Below, one piece after another: positions 44,194 through 53,896 of a stretch of DNA of 64,000 nt. The notes under the pieces were generated by a model. That model was given only the letters and a program-made list of their open reading frames with translations. It ran no database searches and was not told where the DNA came from. Made by a program: the position numbers and the translations under genes. This stretch comes from an uncultured Planctomycetaceae bacterium (GTDB lineage: Bacteria > Planctomycetota > Planctomycetia > Isosphaerales > Isosphaeraceae). The stretch is taken from NCBI GenBank assembly GCA_963833985.1, contig CAWIAD010000001.1, forward strand, positions 1,216,001 through 1,280,000. Direction: 5' to 3'. Positions within the stretch are counted from its first letter, which is position 1; each line of letters begins with the position of its first letter.

Positions 44194-44732
44194 TGCCCTG
44201 CCGCGTGCTGATCGCCTGCGTCGGCAACATCTTCCTGGGCGACGATGCGTTCGGCGTGGAGGTCGCTGGCCGGCTTCGGGGGATCGACCTGCCCGAGGGC
44301 GTTCGTGCCGTCGATTTCGGGATCCGCGGCCTGGACCTGGCGTACGCCCTGGCGGACGGCTGCGAGTCGCTCATCCTGGTCGACGCCGTTCCCCGCGGTG
44401 GAGCGCCTGGAACGCTCTACGTGATGGAACTTCCCACGGTGCATGATGCGCAGGCGGCTGAGGGCACGCTGATGGGCGGACACAATCTCCACCCGGTGCA
44501 CGTGCTTCAGCATGCCGCGTGCCTGGGTGCCCGTGTCGAGCGTCCCATTCTGGTTGGCTGCGAACCTCAACCCGCCGACGAATCCGACGACTTCGGTACC
44601 GGGCTGAGCGCCCCGGTGGCCTCGGCCGTGGACGCGGCGGTTCCCCTGATCGTGTCGCTTGCCACGAAACTCCTCCGCGGAGAAGAGATCGCGGCGAGTG
44701 CGGACCTTGTCCCCTTGCAAGAAGGAAACTGA
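44190..44732 (+). CDS. Hydrogenase maturation protease
   Basis: VGNIFLGDDAFGVEV, DFGIRGLDLAY, LVDAV, GCEP. Confidence 0.92.
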   Translation: MMPCRVLIACVGNIFLGDDAFGVEVAGRLRGIDLPEGVRAVDFGIRGLDLAYALADGCESLILVDAVPRGGAPGTLYVMELPTVHDAQAAEGTLMGGHNLHPVHVLQHAACLGARVERPILVGCEPQPADESDDFGTGLSAPVASAVDAAVPLIVSLATKLLRGEEIAASADLVPLQEGN

Positions 44733-44735
44733 GCC

Positions 44736-44948
44736 ATGCTAGGACTGACATCCGAGCCAACGCGCCATCTGTTCGGCCGTTCTGAAGACGGCTGGCGTGA
44801 AAGAACCGGACTGGCCGAGTGGGAGCGCGCCGGGGGTCCGCCCTTGCGGTGGCTGGTCACCGGCGCCGTCGTCCTCGGCCTGGGGGTGCTTGCCTGGAGC
44901 TATCTGGGACCGGACCTGAGGCGCTATGTTAAGATTCATCGAATGTGA
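44736..44948 (+). CDS. Small single-TM protein of the group 1h cluster
   Basis: One TM segment followed by PDLRRYVKIHRM. Confidence 0.7.
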   Translation: MLGLTSEPTRHLFGRSEDGWRERTGLAEWERAGGPPLRWLVTGAVVLGLGVLAWSYLGPDLRRYVKIHRM

Positions 44949-45046
44949 TGGAGCCGGAAGGCGGGTCGGAAGTGGGACATCGCTCAGCGCGGCGTTCCAT
45001 CCGCAGCGGCTGGAATCTCGTCGTTGCTCTTGAGCTTGACTCATGA
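44948..45046 (+). pseudogene. hypA: hypA remnant (32 codons)
   Basis: Occupies the hypA position before hypB; ends in IRSGWNLVVALELDS, like the HypA C-terminus; lacks the N-terminal MHE and CxxC motifs. Confidence 0.5.
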
Positions 45047-45735
45047 ACGAAAATCCTCGGCTGGTCCAGGTGCGCCAGCATGTGCTCAAGCACAACGATA
45101 CGATCGCCCGGGCGCTGCGCGCGCAGTTCCAGGCGGCCGGCACGTTCGTCGTCAGCCTGGTGTCGAGTCCGGGCTCCGGCAAGACCGCTTTCCTGGAGCG
45201 AGTGCTCTCTGCGCTGGGCAGCCGCAACCGCGTGGCCGCCCTGGTGGGCGACCTCGCCACCGAAAACGACGCGCGCCGGCTGGCGCGGAGCGGCGTGGCG
45301 GTGAAGCAGATCATCACCGGCACGGTCTGCCACCTCGACGCCGACATGGTCACGCGGGCCCTGGACGGCTGGCCCGGCTCGCCGCTCGACTTCCTGTTCC
45401 TGGAAAACGTGGGCAACCTGGTCTGCCCCGCCACGTTCGATCTGGGCGAGGCGCTGCGGCTGGTCCTCTTCTCCGTCACCGAGGGCGAAGACAAGCCGCT
45501 CAAGTATCCCACCATCTTCAACACGGCCGACGTCGCGGTGATCACCAAGCTCGACCTGTCTGACGCCGTGGAGTTCCAGCGCGAGGCCGCGTATCGGAAT
45601 ATCGAGGCGGTCCGTCCCGGCATGCCCGTCTGGGAAGTCTCGGCGAAGACTGGCGCCGGTCTGGACGCCTTCGTGGCCTTCCTCGCGGCGCGCCGGGAAA
45701 GCGCGGCAGCCGACGCGTGCACCGCAAGCCGCTGA
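45043..45735 (+). CDS. hypB: Hydrogenase nickel-insertion GTPase HypB
   Basis: SSPGSGKT, GTVCHLDA, ENVGNLVCPA, EGEDKPLKYP, TKLD. Confidence 0.95.
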   Translation: MNENPRLVQVRQHVLKHNDTIARALRAQFQAAGTFVVSLVSSPGSGKTAFLERVLSALGSRNRVAALVGDLATENDARRLARSGVAVKQIITGTVCHLDADMVTRALDGWPGSPLDFLFLENVGNLVCPATFDLGEALRLVLFSVTEGEDKPLKYPTIFNTADVAVITKLDLSDAVEFQREAAYRNIEAVRPGMPVWEVSAKTGAGLDAFVAFLAARRESAAADACTASR

Positions 45736-46158
45736 TGTCGGCACACCTCGAACCAGATTCTCCGGCTCTGCTGGCCAGTACCCGCCGGCTGTTCACCTGG
45801 CCGAACCTTAACGGGTACTCAGCTTCCCCTTTCTTCATGCGAGGCGTGAAGTCGGAGAAGCGGAGGTGCCGGGATTGCAGGTTCGCAGAACGGCCGCGGG
45901 TACCACTCTCGCTCCACAAGTTCCGGGATCCGTTCAAGTAACAGCTCGACGATGGAGAATGTGGCCGTTTGGCACCTGGCTTGCTTTGGCCATGCTCATT
46001 CACGTGCACCTCCACTGCAACCTTACCCTGCCGTAAAGTTCAGCGAATGAGACTACAGCGGGCTCGCTCATGGAACAGGGCGACTGCGACACTCGCGACG
46101 GAGCGGTGCCGTGGGTCCGTATACGCTTGAAAAACCAAGAAAACGAGGTGTCTGCCCC

Positions 46159-46977
46159 ATGCTTTCGTCACCGCAAGAGGGACCTGCGGAGGAAGGATTG
46201 TGTAGCTCCTTGCTTCGTCTCGTTCAGAACGACCATCAAGTTCAGCAGCTTCGTAAAGAGCTGGGCGCCTTCAGCCATCGATGTCGCAACCTGCTCCACG
46301 GCATGAAGATGAGCTTCTATTTCGTGCGCCGTGGCGCCGTGCAGCCGTTGCCGCCATGGTGGGACTGCCTGGAGCGCAATTACGAGGGCATCGAGCAGCT
46401 CCTCAACCAGTTGCAGGCGATTTACCGGCCGATTGTTTTGACGCCCGTGCACGGCCAGTTGGGGCGCCTGATCGAGGATCGGCAGCGGCACTGGAGTAGC
46501 TGGTTCGAGACCAGTCGCGGCACCCTGAGAATGATCCCTCCCGCGAGCGAGTGCGCCGGTGATTTCGACCCCATGTGTCTGACAATGGGCCTGGACGCTC
46601 TAGTGCGATGGCGGGCCCTGGCGATTCCCGAGGGCGGCGCCGCAAGTCTTTCCTGGAAAACCGAGGGAGACCAGTTCGAGGCGACCTGGGACGAATCCGC
46701 CGGACCGCCTGGCTTGCCGCCGACCCTGACCGGCCCGGACGGCCCGGGGTCAACCCCGCCCCTGTCGGCTCATCAGCCGCTGGCCTTGCCACTTCTCGCC
46801 CGGGTGCTCACGGCCCACCGCGGTACGATCGACTGGAGTTTCAAGCCAAACTTCCGGACCTGCTTACGCTGGCCCCTGCTGCAACAGACGGATGCCTGTG
46901 ACAGTTCGGCAGCGATGCTGCCGGCTTGCGACCAGGGAAATCTGGTCCTGGAGAAGGTCGCCGGCAGCAGCCGCTAG
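46159..46977 (+). CDS. Degenerate histidine-kinase-like protein (possible ChpT-type phosphotransferase)
   Basis: H-box-like FSHRCRNLL; FDP..L...LDALV and LALPLLARVLTAHRGTI resemble an HATPase lacking the N and G boxes. Confidence 0.6.
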   Translation: MLSSPQEGPAEEGLCSSLLRLVQNDHQVQQLRKELGAFSHRCRNLLHGMKMSFYFVRRGAVQPLPPWWDCLERNYEGIEQLLNQLQAIYRPIVLTPVHGQLGRLIEDRQRHWSSWFETSRGTLRMIPPASECAGDFDPMCLTMGLDALVRWRALAIPEGGAASLSWKTEGDQFEATWDESAGPPGLPPTLTGPDGPGSTPPLSAHQPLALPLLARVLTAHRGTIDWSFKPNFRTCLRWPLLQQTDACDSSAAMLPACDQGNLVLEKVAGSSR

Positions 46978-47078
46978 CGCACGAGCCGCAAAGGGCCAGG
47001 GCCATGACTGCCGCATCCGACAGGCGCTCGCGGAGCAACTCCATTCCACGCGCCGCGCGAGCGCCGGTTGACCCGCCC

Positions 47079-47108
47079 TTGACCACACAGCCCGGGTACG
47101 CATACGAT
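47079..47108 (+). promoter_or_regulatory. Sigma70-like promoter of tRNA-Pro
   Basis: TTGACC-N18-TACGAT, 20 bp upstream of the tRNA. Confidence 0.55.
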
Positions 47109-47127
47109 GCCAGCGGGGCCGAGAATA

Positions 47128-47202
47128 CGGGGTGTAGCGCAGCCTGGTTAGCGCGCCTGCCTTGGGAGCAGGAGGTCACCAGTTCGAATCTGGTCACCCC
47201 GA
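47128..47202 (+). tRNA. tRNA-Pro (TGG), CCA not encoded
   Basis: Acceptor stem CGGGGTG/CACCCCG, anticodon arm CCTGC-CTTGGGA-GCAGG, T-loop GTTCGAATC. Confidence 0.96.
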
Positions 47203-47305
47203 CTGGAACGAGAGTGCACGCGATCCGGGTGAGCTGGCTTTTTTCACTGCGGCAGAGCATCGTTCATGAGCCCGGTATCGGTCAACGACGAGGCGGGATG
47301 GAGTT

Positions 47306-48025
47306 GTGGGTAAGGATCACAATCCGTCGAAGATTCGTGCGGCGCGCGCTGCCGCGGATCTGGTGGAGCCGGGCATGGTGGTTGGGCTGGGCACCGGCTC
47401 GACTGCGACACTGATGCTCCAGCGCCTGGGTGAACGCCGCGAGCAGGAGTCGCTGAAGATCCTCGGCGTCCCCACCAGCGTGGCCACCGCGGAGCTGGCG
47501 CAGAGCCTCGGCATCCCCGTGCGGGACCTCGATGACATCAGCGCACTGGACATGAACCTGGACGGCGCTGATGAGGTCGATCCTCAGTTCCGCATGATCA
47601 AGGGCCGGGGTCGCGCGCTGCTCCGCGAGAAGCTCGTCGCCTGTGTCGCCGCGCGGCGGGTGACCATCATCACCACCGAGAAGCGTGTCGAGCGGCTGGG
47701 GGTCAATGCGCCCATACCCGTCGAGGTCAGCCCGGTGGGCCTCAAGCATACCCACAGACGGCTGGAAAGCCTGGGCGCAGTGGCCCACATCCGGGCGCTT
47801 CCCAGCGGCGTCCCTTACCTGACCGATGGCGGTAACGCGATTGTCGACTGCCATTTCGCCGAATTCGGCGATCCCGAAGAGCTGGATGCCCGTCTCCAGT
47901 CGGTCGTCGGCGTCTTCGAGACGGGGCTCTTCCTGGGCCTGTGCGACCTGCTCGTCGTCGGTACGAGCGACGGCGTCGAACAGTTCACCTCCGGCGAGCG
48001 CCGGAACCTGGGCTGCCGAAGCTGA
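47306..48025 (+). CDS. rpiA: Ribose-5-phosphate isomerase A
   Basis: GLGTGST, DGADEVD, IKGRG..LLREK, TDGGN, GVFETGLF. Confidence 0.95.
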   Translation: MGKDHNPSKIRAARAAADLVEPGMVVGLGTGSTATLMLQRLGERREQESLKILGVPTSVATAELAQSLGIPVRDLDDISALDMNLDGADEVDPQFRMIKGRGRALLREKLVACVAARRVTIITTEKRVERLGVNAPIPVEVSPVGLKHTHRRLESLGAVAHIRALPSGVPYLTDGGNAIVDCHFAEFGDPEELDARLQSVVGVFETGLFLGLCDLLVVGTSDGVEQFTSGERRNLGCRS

Positions 48026-48061
48026 TTGCCTACGTCCGGGCGACCGGCGAAAAACGGGCAA

Positions 48062-48751
48062 TCACCGCGGGAGCCTGGACCTGAGCTCCTCAAGGATGTC
48101 CGCGGTGCGCGATGCTCCGAACCGGTCACAGCCCAGTTCCACCACGGCGATGGCCTCGTCGAGCGTACGTACCCCGCCGGCCGCCTTCAGCTTCACATGT
48201 GGCGGCGCGGCCTGGCGCATCAGCCTGAGATCGGCGTGCGTGGCGCCGCCGGTGCCGTAGCCGGTGGATGTCTTCACATAATCGGCCCCGACCTCCCCGC
48301 AGATCTGGCAGAGCCTCGTCTTCTGGGCGTCGTTCAGATAGCAGTTCTCGAAGATGACCTTCACGATCGCCTTGCGGTCGTGGGCCACGCGCGTCACCTC
48401 GGCGATGTCGTGGGCGACGTCTTCCCACTGGCCGCCGATGGCCTGGCCGATATTGATCACCATGTCCAGCTCGATGGCGCCGTCGTCCATGGCCTTGTGG
48501 GCCTCGAACACCTTCACGGCCGTGGCATGTCCGCCGTGCGGGAACCCGATCGTCGTGCCCACGGCAACGCTCGTCCCCGCCAGCAGCCGGGCCGCCAGGG
48601 GCACGGCGAAGGGCTTGATGCAGACGCTCGCCACGCCGTAGCGGACGGCCAGCTTGCAGCCATCCTCGAGCTCTTGCTCGGTCAAGGTCGGTCCCAGCAG
48701 CGAGTGGTCGATGCGTCTGGCGATCAGGTCGTAAGTCAGTTCCAGTGCCAT
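48062..48751 (-). CDS. deoC: Deoxyribose-phosphate aldolase
   Basis: IDHSLL, IGFPHG, ELDMVIN, VKTSTG, KAAGGVR. Confidence 0.95.
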   Translation of the reverse strand: MALELTYDLIARRIDHSLLGPTLTEQELEDGCKLAVRYGVASVCIKPFAVPLAARLLAGTSVAVGTTIGFPHGGHATAVKVFEAHKAMDDGAIELDMVINIGQAIGGQWEDVAHDIAEVTRVAHDRKAIVKVIFENCYLNDAQKTRLCQICGEVGADYVKTSTGYGTGGATHADLRLMRQAAPPHVKLKAAGGVRTLDEAIAVVELGCDRFGASRTADILEELRSRLPR

Positions 48752-48941
48752 GTGCGGTGCGCTCCCGTGCAGCAGTGCGGGCCTCGTTCTCGATCGCTCA
48801 CTGATTCTGCCCCGCCGCCAGGGTCCGGGCAAGGGGGTGGACCGGGTGGCCCAGGCGGACCAGCAGAACTTGATTCGACGCGATAATTCCCCAGAGGTGT
48901 CCCGACCCGTTCCCAAGAAATTCCGACGCGGAGAAGCCAGC

Positions 48942-49325
48942 ATGCCCGAAACGCGCCCCACCATCGCCATCATCGGCGCCAGCGACGACCGATCCAAGTA
49001 CGGCAACAAGGCCGTGCGCGCGTTCCGGGACCAGGGCTGGCTGGTCTTCCCGGTCCATCCCAGCTTGACCGAGGTGGAAGGGATTCCGGCCTATCCCGAC
49101 CTCGATGCCGTTCCAGTACCGCAGCTCGATCGCGTGAGCTTCTACGTGCCGCCCGCCACCGGCTTGAAGCTCATCGACGCTGTGGCACGAAAGTCGGTCA
49201 GCGAGGTCTGGCTGAACCCCGGTTCCGAGTCCGACGAGCTGATCGAGCGCGCCGACGAGCTGGGGCTGAACGTCATCCAGGCGTGCGGCATCGTTGATAT
49301 CGGCCGGCAGCCCTGGCGGTATTGA
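48942..49325 (+). CDS. CoA-binding protein (YccU-like)
   Basis: IAIIGAS.DRSKYG, PVHP, VWLNPG. Confidence 0.9.
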   Translation: MPETRPTIAIIGASDDRSKYGNKAVRAFRDQGWLVFPVHPSLTEVEGIPAYPDLDAVPVPQLDRVSFYVPPATGLKLIDAVARKSVSEVWLNPGSESDELIERADELGLNVIQACGIVDIGRQPWRY

Positions 49326-49403
49326 GGGCACAGCCAGTGCCTCGTCGGGGCGGCCGAGGCTATGCTCCGGCTGGTCCGTTTGCAGGCGATCGAGGGTGCA
49401 TTC

Positions 49404-49548
49404 TACAGCGGTTTTCACTTGGATCGCCGACTGAGACCGGGGGGCAGGCATTCCTGCCTGCCGGAGCAGGCCTGCCCTGGCAGACAGGAATGTCTGCCCC
49501 CCTTTCCAGAACTCAGGCGCTGCATGCAACCGTCAGAAAACCGCCCTA
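49404..49548 (-). mobile_element. Copy C of the 145-bp MITE
   Basis: TACAGCGGTTTTC...GAAAACCGCCCTA with TA at both ends; same internal palindrome as copy B. Confidence 0.85.
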
Positions 49549-50565
49549 TTTCGCTCCCGGTTCGACAGCCGGCGCGGGAGAGCGGAGCTCGAAGAACTCG
49601 AAGTTCGCGTCCAGCTCGGTGGCGTCCTTGTTGCCGCCGTTCTTGGCCAGAATGCCAATCTGCTTCGGCGACCCGTCGCCCCACTCCACCGTGCCGTGGC
49701 TCTGGAAGTTCTTGCCGTCGGTGCTGATCTGGTACTCGTAGGAACTTCCGCGTTTGATCAGGCGCAGCCAGAAGCGATTCAGAACGCCGCCGGGCGCGCT
49801 CACGAAACGGGGTTCCGGCTTCGCGTCGGTCTCCGTGAGGATGCAGAAGCGCTGGCCTGGATTCTTCTCCCAGTCGTACTCGTAGCCGAACTTGAGGTAA
49901 TGGTCGTCATCGTTGTAAACGATCAGTCCGGCTTGCTGAAAGTACATTTGCGGGGTGAACCCGCTGACGCAGGTGGTGACGACGAACTCCCCGCCGGGCG
50001 CGAGCGGGTTGTCGATCATGTACAGATTCTTCGCCCTGATCCCCTCGCTGAGCTGGTCATCAGATTCCTTGCCGTGAATGCTACCGCGCTGGGTGGTCAC
50101 CGTCAGTGCCCCCTGGGTTCTGGTCAACGACACGTGCGACGGGTCGGGCCGCACGGGCTTCCAGTTCAGTCCCAGCTTGCCATCGAAGCCATCGTAGGCC
50201 AGCAGGGTGCAGCCCTGGGATGGAGCCTCCGCGGCTGGCCGCGCATCGCCCCGCGCGGAGGAATGGCCCCCGATCGCACTTTCGAATGCCGCCATGAATG
50301 CTTCCGCATCCTCGCCTCCCAGTACTAGCGGCTGGGGAACGCCCGAGAGACTGATCCTGACGATTGTCGTCCCGTTGTCGCCCTTCGTTCGCGAAATGGC
50401 CCGAATGTGATCCATGTTGACGTGAGTATCCGCTGTCGAGATGAAGCGGTGTTTCACGTCTTGCGTGGCGGCTGGCTGTGCGTGCACGACAGGGCCGGGC
50501 ACGCACAGGAGCAGGGCCGCAACTCCGATCATGGCCGGCAATGTTCGCTTCAAGGCGGCATACAT
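49546..50565 (-). CDS. Secreted protein with a ConA-like DUF1349/beta-xylosidase C-terminal domain
   Basis: Signal peptide; QQAGLIVYNDDDHYLKF, WLRLIKRG, STDGKNF. Confidence 0.8.
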   Translation of the reverse strand: MYAALKRTLPAMIGVAALLLCVPGPVVHAQPAATQDVKHRFISTADTHVNMDHIRAISRTKGDNGTTIVRISLSGVPQPLVLGGEDAEAFMAAFESAIGGHSSARGDARPAAEAPSQGCTLLAYDGFDGKLGLNWKPVRPDPSHVSLTRTQGALTVTTQRGSIHGKESDDQLSEGIRAKNLYMIDNPLAPGGEFVVTTCVSGFTPQMYFQQAGLIVYNDDDHYLKFGYEYDWEKNPGQRFCILTETDAKPEPRFVSAPGGVLNRFWLRLIKRGSSYEYQISTDGKNFQSHGTVEWGDGSPKQIGILAKNGGNKDATELDANFEFFELRSPAPAVEPGAK

Positions 50566-50689
50566 GATATTCCTTCCTATCGGTGAAAGTCTTCCATTCT
50601 TCGATCCGTCTCGAAAGTCAACCCGGTGGGTTCACTGATGTCGTCGTGTCGGACCATCGATCGGCCCGGGACGCAGCGTGGTGCCCGGC

Positions 50690-51379
50690 TCAGCGCTCCT
50701 TGATCCGGGCGTTGCGAATCTGAACCGGGACTCCGTCGCGGCTGAGATACTGAAAACCGAGGTGCCCGCGCCTGGGACGGTCCTTCAGGGGCGATGCGGG
50801 GCTGTTGTCGTGCCGCTTGACTCCTTGATCCTGCCGGCTCAGATCCACGTCCTGGATAACCTTACCGTTCGCCGTGACCCTGAGGTGGGCTCCCGTCAGC
50901 TCGATGCGGAAGCTGTTCCATTCGGTGGGCCGGTAAACCTGCCGCGTCGGCGCGAGGGCGCGATAGATGCCGCCGGTCAGCTCCGAATCCCTTGCGCTGG
51001 TATTGTAGCGGTAGTCAGCCACCTGCAATTCCATGCCGTCGAAGGCCGGATCGCCGAGGAGCGGAGATCGTAGGGCGACGCCGCTGTTGCCCAGCTCGCC
51101 GAGCTTGATTTCAAATTCCAGGATGAAGTCGCCGTATTCCTTGTCGCTCACCAGCCAGACGTCGCGCTGCCGGTCCGAGCTGAGAACGCCATCCTTCACG
51201 GTCCAGGCGACGCCGGGGACCGGCTTCGAGAGGTCGTTCCAGGCGCGGATCGACCACCCCCGGGGAGGGCCATCGCTGGGGAAGAGATCGACGAAGCCTT
51301 CCTGGGCGCTCATCGCTGGTGGGGGAATGACGCCGAGGCAAAGCACCAGTGCGGCACAACCCACATGGACCCGGGACAT
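50690..51379 (-). CDS. DUF1080 (3-keto-disaccharide hydrolase) domain protein
   Basis: WTVKDGVL, YGDFILEFE, GNSGV, EWN, GHLGFQ, RNARIKE. Confidence 0.88.
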   Translation of the reverse strand: MSRVHVGCAALVLCLGVIPPPAMSAQEGFVDLFPSDGPPRGWSIRAWNDLSKPVPGVAWTVKDGVLSSDRQRDVWLVSDKEYGDFILEFEIKLGELGNSGVALRSPLLGDPAFDGMELQVADYRYNTSARDSELTGGIYRALAPTRQVYRPTEWNSFRIELTGAHLRVTANGKVIQDVDLSRQDQGVKRHDNSPASPLKDRPRRGHLGFQYLSRDGVPVQIRNARIKER

Positions 51380-51836
51380 GAGGCACCTCCTGCGGAACCG
51401 GCAAGGTGGAGAGGATGGCCATGCCCCCGATTGTACTGCCCGTGCCATCCGCCGCAATGAGCCTGATCCGGCCCGCGACCCAGCCTTCCACGCGAGGCCG
51501 ACGGTTGCCCATGACGGACAGGCGACGGTTCGGGACGTCTTCGACCAGCCCGCCGATCTCGACGAACCTGCGGTCAGGTTGCCTGGGGCCTGGCAGGCGA
51601 ACCCTTCCGCGGCCGGGCCAGCCAGCGGCAGCAACCTTTCGCGATGAGCGTCGAGGCCGCGTACCGGTTGAGGTTCACACGAAGTTGGCTCGAGAGACGA
51701 TCAAAAACAGATCTCCCACAGCGCTGACCCATTGCGAAGCCGGTCCCTGGCGGCTTCGATTGTAGCCGGACATCGCCAGATAGCCGGCACCTTCGCGTCG
51801 AAAAGAAACCCGCAACGAGAATTTCACCCGCTCCGG

Positions 51837-51864
51837 TGTCGGAATGGTGGTCGCCCGTTCGTTG
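51837..51864 (+). promoter_or_regulatory. Putative ECF42-type promoter upstream of YciI
   Basis: TGTCGG...CGTTCGTTG resembles the TGTCGA/CGTC-like ECF42 consensus as recalled; the cognate-type sigma is 3 kb downstream. Confidence 0.5.
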
Positions 51865-51933
51865 TATCCACGCGAGGCGGGGGACAGGCCACCGCCCGCG
51901 TCTACGAAAGCGTCCCGAGTCTGGAGTTCCGAC

Positions 51934-52260
51934 ATGCCGAAGTTTCTGTTCGTCTATCGCGAATCCACGGATCCCCACGCCAGGCCGTCCGCTGAGGAAA
52001 TGCAGGCCTTGCAGACGGGCTGGTACGCATGGATGCAGAAGTACAGCGCGGCGATCGTCCCCGGCGGCGACGGGGTGAAGCATTCCGGCCGGGTCTTGAA
52101 GGAGGGGATCGTGACGGACGGTCCCTATGTCGAAGCCAAGGAGGTCATCGTCAGCTTCGCGATCATCCAGGCCGACAACTACGACGCGGCGCTGGCGATC
52201 GCCCGCGACTGTCCGCCCGGCCACACGATCGAGATCCGCGAATTCGCCGGCTACGCCTGA
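51934..52260 (+). CDS. YciI/DGPF-family protein
   Basis: [13 protein letters not shown]...IEIRE. Confidence 0.9.
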   Translation: MPKFLFVYRESTDPHARPSAEEMQALQTGWYAWMQKYSAAIVPGGDGVKHSGRVLKEGIVTDGPYVEAKEVIVSFAIIQADNYDAALAIARDCPPGHTIEIREFAGYA

Positions 52261-52302
52261 GCAAACCGCGTCACCGAAGCAAATCACGAAAAGGAACGAA
52301 AA

Positions 52303-52790
52303 ATGGCTGCGAAGAAGGGCACGAGCAAGTCCGCCAAAGGCACCGATGCGACCGGCGAGGCGTCCACGGGATTCACGGCCGAGGAACGTGCCGCGATGAA
52401 GGAGCACGTCGCGGAGCTGAAGGCCGAGAAGCGGCGCGGCTCGGCGCGGACAAGAAGGGGGATGGAGAAAGCGACTTGCTCGCGCAGATCGCGGCCATGT
52501 CCGGACAGGATCGCGTGCTGGCCGAGCGGCTGCACGCGATCATCAAGTCCCATGCGCCAGCCCTCGAGCCGAGGACCTGGTACGGGATGCCCGCGTACTC
52601 CAGGGACGGCAAGGTGGTCTGCTTCTTTCAAAGTGCGGGCAAGTTCAAGACCCGGTACGCCACGTTCGGCTTCCAGCACCCGGCGAACCTCGACGAAGGC
52701 GCCATGTGGCCGGTCGCCTTCGCGCTCACGGACCTGACTGCCGCCGAGGAGGCAAGGATCATCGCGCTCTTGAAGAAGGCCGTGAGCTGA
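52303..52790 (+). CDS. DUF1801 (YdhG-like) protein (frameshift near 52445)
   Basis: [37 protein letters not shown]. Confidence 0.85.
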
Positions 52791-52843
52791 GGGCTGAGGA
52801 ACCCGGTCGCGAAGGAGAGCATGGCTTCATGTCCAGCGGCCCC

Positions 52844-52988
52844 TACGGCGGTTTTCTGACGGTTGCAGGGAGCTTCTGAGTTTTGAAAAGGGGGGCAGAC
52901 ATTCCTGTCTGCCAGGGCAGGCCCGCTCCGGCAGGCAGGAATGCCTGCCCCCCGGTCTCAGTCTGCGATCCAGGTGAAGACCGCTCTG
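52844..52988 (+). mobile_element. Copy D of the 145-bp MITE
   Basis: TACGGCGGTTTTCTGACG...GTGAAGACCGCTCTG; reverse complement of copies B and C. Confidence 0.85.
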
Positions 52989-53077
52989 AATGTCCTGAAT
53001 GGTACAAACAGGTACGCGGACTCGGTGCTCGTCATGAGCCGCGATCCAAGGATTGCAGCCCTGATCGGAGACCAATC

Positions 53078-53399
53078 ATGACAACGCGCGTCACGGCGAC
53101 GGTGGTCGATGGCTGGCTCAAGCAGGATCGAAAGCTGGAACTGGCCGATGAGACGCGGGTCAGCCTCATCATCGAACCGCTTGCCCAGCGTCTCGAGACC
53201 GTGGAAGCCTGGCGGTCGCTGAAGTCATGGATTCAGCTTGCACACCGGACGAATGGCTTGTCGAGGAAGGAGACTGACATGGACGACATTCTCCGAGAGG
53301 TGCGTAAGGCCCGCGAAGCTTATGCGAAGAAGTTCGGCTACGACCTCCAGGCGATTCATTCCGACCTCAAAGCGCGGGAACAGGCGAGCGGTCGCCGGA
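53078..53399 (+). pseudogene. Remnants of small antitoxin-like genes (AF2212/DUF104-like fused to a second small ORF), cut by an IS end
   Basis: MTTRVTATVVDG.LK..LEL.DETRV.LII, then RBS + MDDILREVRKAREAYAKKFGYDL, which ends at the ISAs1 IR. Confidence 0.5.
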
Positions 53400-53580
53400 C
53401 AGGGCGATTGCATGTTGAGTCATGAGCCGATCAGCACATTTTTCTAGATAGGTTTCGTCCCAGCCGGCGGTGAGGCGTTTGTTCTTGATGCCGACTTTCA
53501 GTGTGGTCTCGTTCTTCAACAGGCTCAGTGCGGCCCTGCGGAGGATGCTGAAGTTCGCATCCGCGTGACCTTGGCTGTCG
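53400..53580 (-). mobile_element. ISAs1-family right-end fragment (transposase C-terminus plus IR)
   Basis: Minus strand reads GHADANFSILRRAALSLLKNE..LKVGIKNKRLTAGWDETYLEK; terminal CAGGGCGATTGCAT. Confidence 0.75.
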
Positions 53581-53617
53581 GGGTGTGGTATGCTGTCAGG
53601 CGAGGAGAACCCTCACC

Positions 53618-53896
53618 ATGACTATACACCTACCCAACGACATGGAACGCTCTATTGTAGCCTTCGTACAGCGTGGCCGCTTCGCTTCCGTGGACGAGGC
53701 AATGACCAAAGCTGCCCATTTATTGCTTCAGGCATTGAGTCAGGAGGCCAAGCCCGCGACAGGAGCGGACACGGCCGAGATGACCGATCCATTGCTCGGG
53801 TCAATGAGTGACCATGTTGATTTGATGGACCAGATTGTTGAAGATGCCATGCGACACCGCGAGCAGCAGCCGTGGCGGCTAAGTACCAGTGAATAA
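53618..53896 (+). CDS. RHH/ParD-like antitoxin
   Basis: MTIHLP..E....V..GRFASVDEAM; overlaps the start of the PIN gene. Confidence 0.75.
   Translation: MTIHLPNDMERSIVAFVQRGRFASVDEAMTKAAHLLLQALSQEAKPATGADTAEMTDPLLGSMSDHVDLMDQIVEDAMRHREQQPWRLSTSE

Noticed and set aside
45542..46015. Minus-strand 157-aa ORF or a hypF relic after hypB
   Set aside because: It overlaps hypB by about 190 bp, has no HypF motifs and shows weak coding signal.
47128..47260. tRNA-Pro as an integration site for an island
   Set aside because: No integrase and no duplicated tRNA 3' end were seen; housekeeping rpiA follows directly.
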